Source: Eledone cirrhosa (Eukaryota). Taken from it: a DNA stretch of 64,000 bases. The translations under genes and the position numbers were made by a program. Under the pieces are notes generated by a model. The model saw nothing but the letters and a program-made list of their open reading frames with translations. It made no database searches and had not been told where the DNA came from. Positions 62,136 through 64,000 of this stretch are shown piece after piece (the stretch's first letter is position 1; every line of letters starts with the position of its first letter). The stretch is from positions 74,090,001-74,154,000 of the forward strand of contig OZ024741.1 of the NCBI GenBank assembly GCA_964016885.1, in the 5' to 3' direction.

Positions 62136-64000
62136 ATATATATTTATATGTGTGTGTGTGTGTTAGCATTATGAAGGGCACCCAGCTGTAGAAACCAAGC
62201 CAGAAACAGTTCTGTATGAGCAAGACATGGTCATCTGACCTGACTTGTCTCACAATGGGATAACTCATCTAACCCATGCTAGTGTGGAAAAATGGATGTT
62301 AAATGATGATGATATATATGTATATATACATATACTTACACAGATATATGATGGCAAATATTAGTAATAACTTCGTAGAAAAAAACAAACGTGCAAACGA
62401 CAGAAATAACCAAATAACAGAAATAACATATTTAAAAAGATTAGACTTTTACACTATTTCCTACTGATTACAATGAAACCCTAAACATTTCCTTACGTTC
62501 CCTCCTCCTCCCACATACACTCTCTCACAAGAATCTTTATAATTCAAATATTTATCATAAATGATGCAAAAATGGAGAAAATGGTTTTATTTTTGTTAAT
62601 GTTTGTCTATGGAAATAATAGTTTCTAATTTAGGCAGAAGATCAGCAATTTCAGGGTGGTGGTAGTGGTGGTGCAGAAAGTGAATTACATCATCAATTCC
62701 TAGTACTTGATGGATACGTAATTTTATCAAGCCTGCAAATTTGACCTCGGCAGGATGTAAAGAGCCATAACAACAACAGTAATAATAATGGTTTCTGATG
62801 TAGGTAGAAGGCCAACAATTTGGGGGTGGGGAAAGTTGATTATACTGACCCCAGTACTTTACTGATACTTTATTTTAAGGAGCCTGAGTGGATGAAAAGT
62901 AAAGTTGACCGTGTCAGGGTTTGAACTAAAAATGTCAAGAGCCGGAACAAATATGGCAAAGTATTTGTTCAATTCTACCAATTATAACACATTTTACAAT
63001 TGGAGAAAAAACATGACATATCTCAATCGAATAATCTAAAATAATACTATATCAAGTGTTTTTAAGTCCACTTTCCTGCTAATTTAGGGGTTAACATTGT
63101 GGGCCCCATAATAGGCTTTATATTCACCAAGGGGTCCTTTTGGAGACATTGTTTTATGGCCAGATACCCTCTCTGGAGGTAAACCTTTTTGTTATCTCTT
63201 ACAATTTAAAGGGTTGACACCAGAAAGGGCACTTGTCTCCAATATTTTACAGCCACTGTTTCAAATATATTAAACTAATAGTATTTTTCATTCCAAATTT
63301 GAAAGAAGGAAAACAAAACAATCCATTATATCGATTAACCCTTTTGATAACAAACCTTTAAAACTATCACTGGTTCTGTGATACAAAACTATTTGTTTGA
63401 AAGTATTTATATTTATCTAAAAACCTTCTTAATTTTATGTAAGAACCTTTAAGTTATGTTCCAAGCATCAGTTTGATAATGAGAAAATTATTTGACTAAA
63501 TCCTTTCAAATTCTTTATTATTTTCATACTTATTTGAAAATTATTGCCAGAGTCTTTCATTAAAAATATGGTAATGAAATGGTTAAACAATATTACTAAA
63601 ACAGTGAATATAAACAACAAACTTAGAAAACATGAATCATATTAAACACGACCAAATATATTTCAAACAGGTTCTATAGCTATCCATGGTTAGTATTAAT
63701 GCATAACATATATATATATATTGTGTTAGTAGTAATACTACATCAAATTGTAGTCTTCAAAACTACTACTATTACTACTACTACAGCTAATATATCACAC
63801 TGGGGGAAAACATACTAGATTATCCAATGATAATGCTTGCTTGCCAGTGAAATATCTACATAAAATTGTGCGTACTGCGCGAGACAAGGTTACCCACATA
63901 GTGGTTGCTATATCTACTAGTTAGAATATGTTATTTATAAAAAAATATGTATGTATATACAAACAAACACATAACATGGATTTTCTGGCAACACAACCTT

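Overview
AT-rich, repeat-dense animal genomic DNA. The SINE, LINE and (TA)n landscape resembles an octopod cephalopod, which is an inference. Nearly all ORFs in the supplied track are microsatellite or TE artefacts. The one host gene I can support is missing from that track: a four-coding-exon + strand Rdx-family selenoprotein of the MIEN1/SELENOW2 type (CDS exons 10277-10317, 13905-14005, 20966-21042, 24969-25061; 103 aa). It ends in a CaaX box (CLIL), and its 3'UTR has a well-formed SECIS (26491-26571) and a poly(A) signal. Splicing exon 1 (..TAC TG) to exon 2 (A AGT GCA TGA) creates two in-frame UGA codons. This gives a U-S-A-U (UxxU) redox motif instead of the family's usual CxxU or CxxC, and a NAGNAG acceptor could switch it to C-A-U. 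The rest of the window is TEs: a nested MITE/hAT/gypsy stack upstream of the gene, in which the gypsy lacks RT and has a self-priming-type PBS; a non-coding LTR element in intron 2; RTE, CRE, R4-like and CR1-like LINE fragments, one with a twin-priming 5' inversion; many SINEs; and several long palindromes carrying minimal hammerhead-ribozyme motifs typical of Penelope-like elements.
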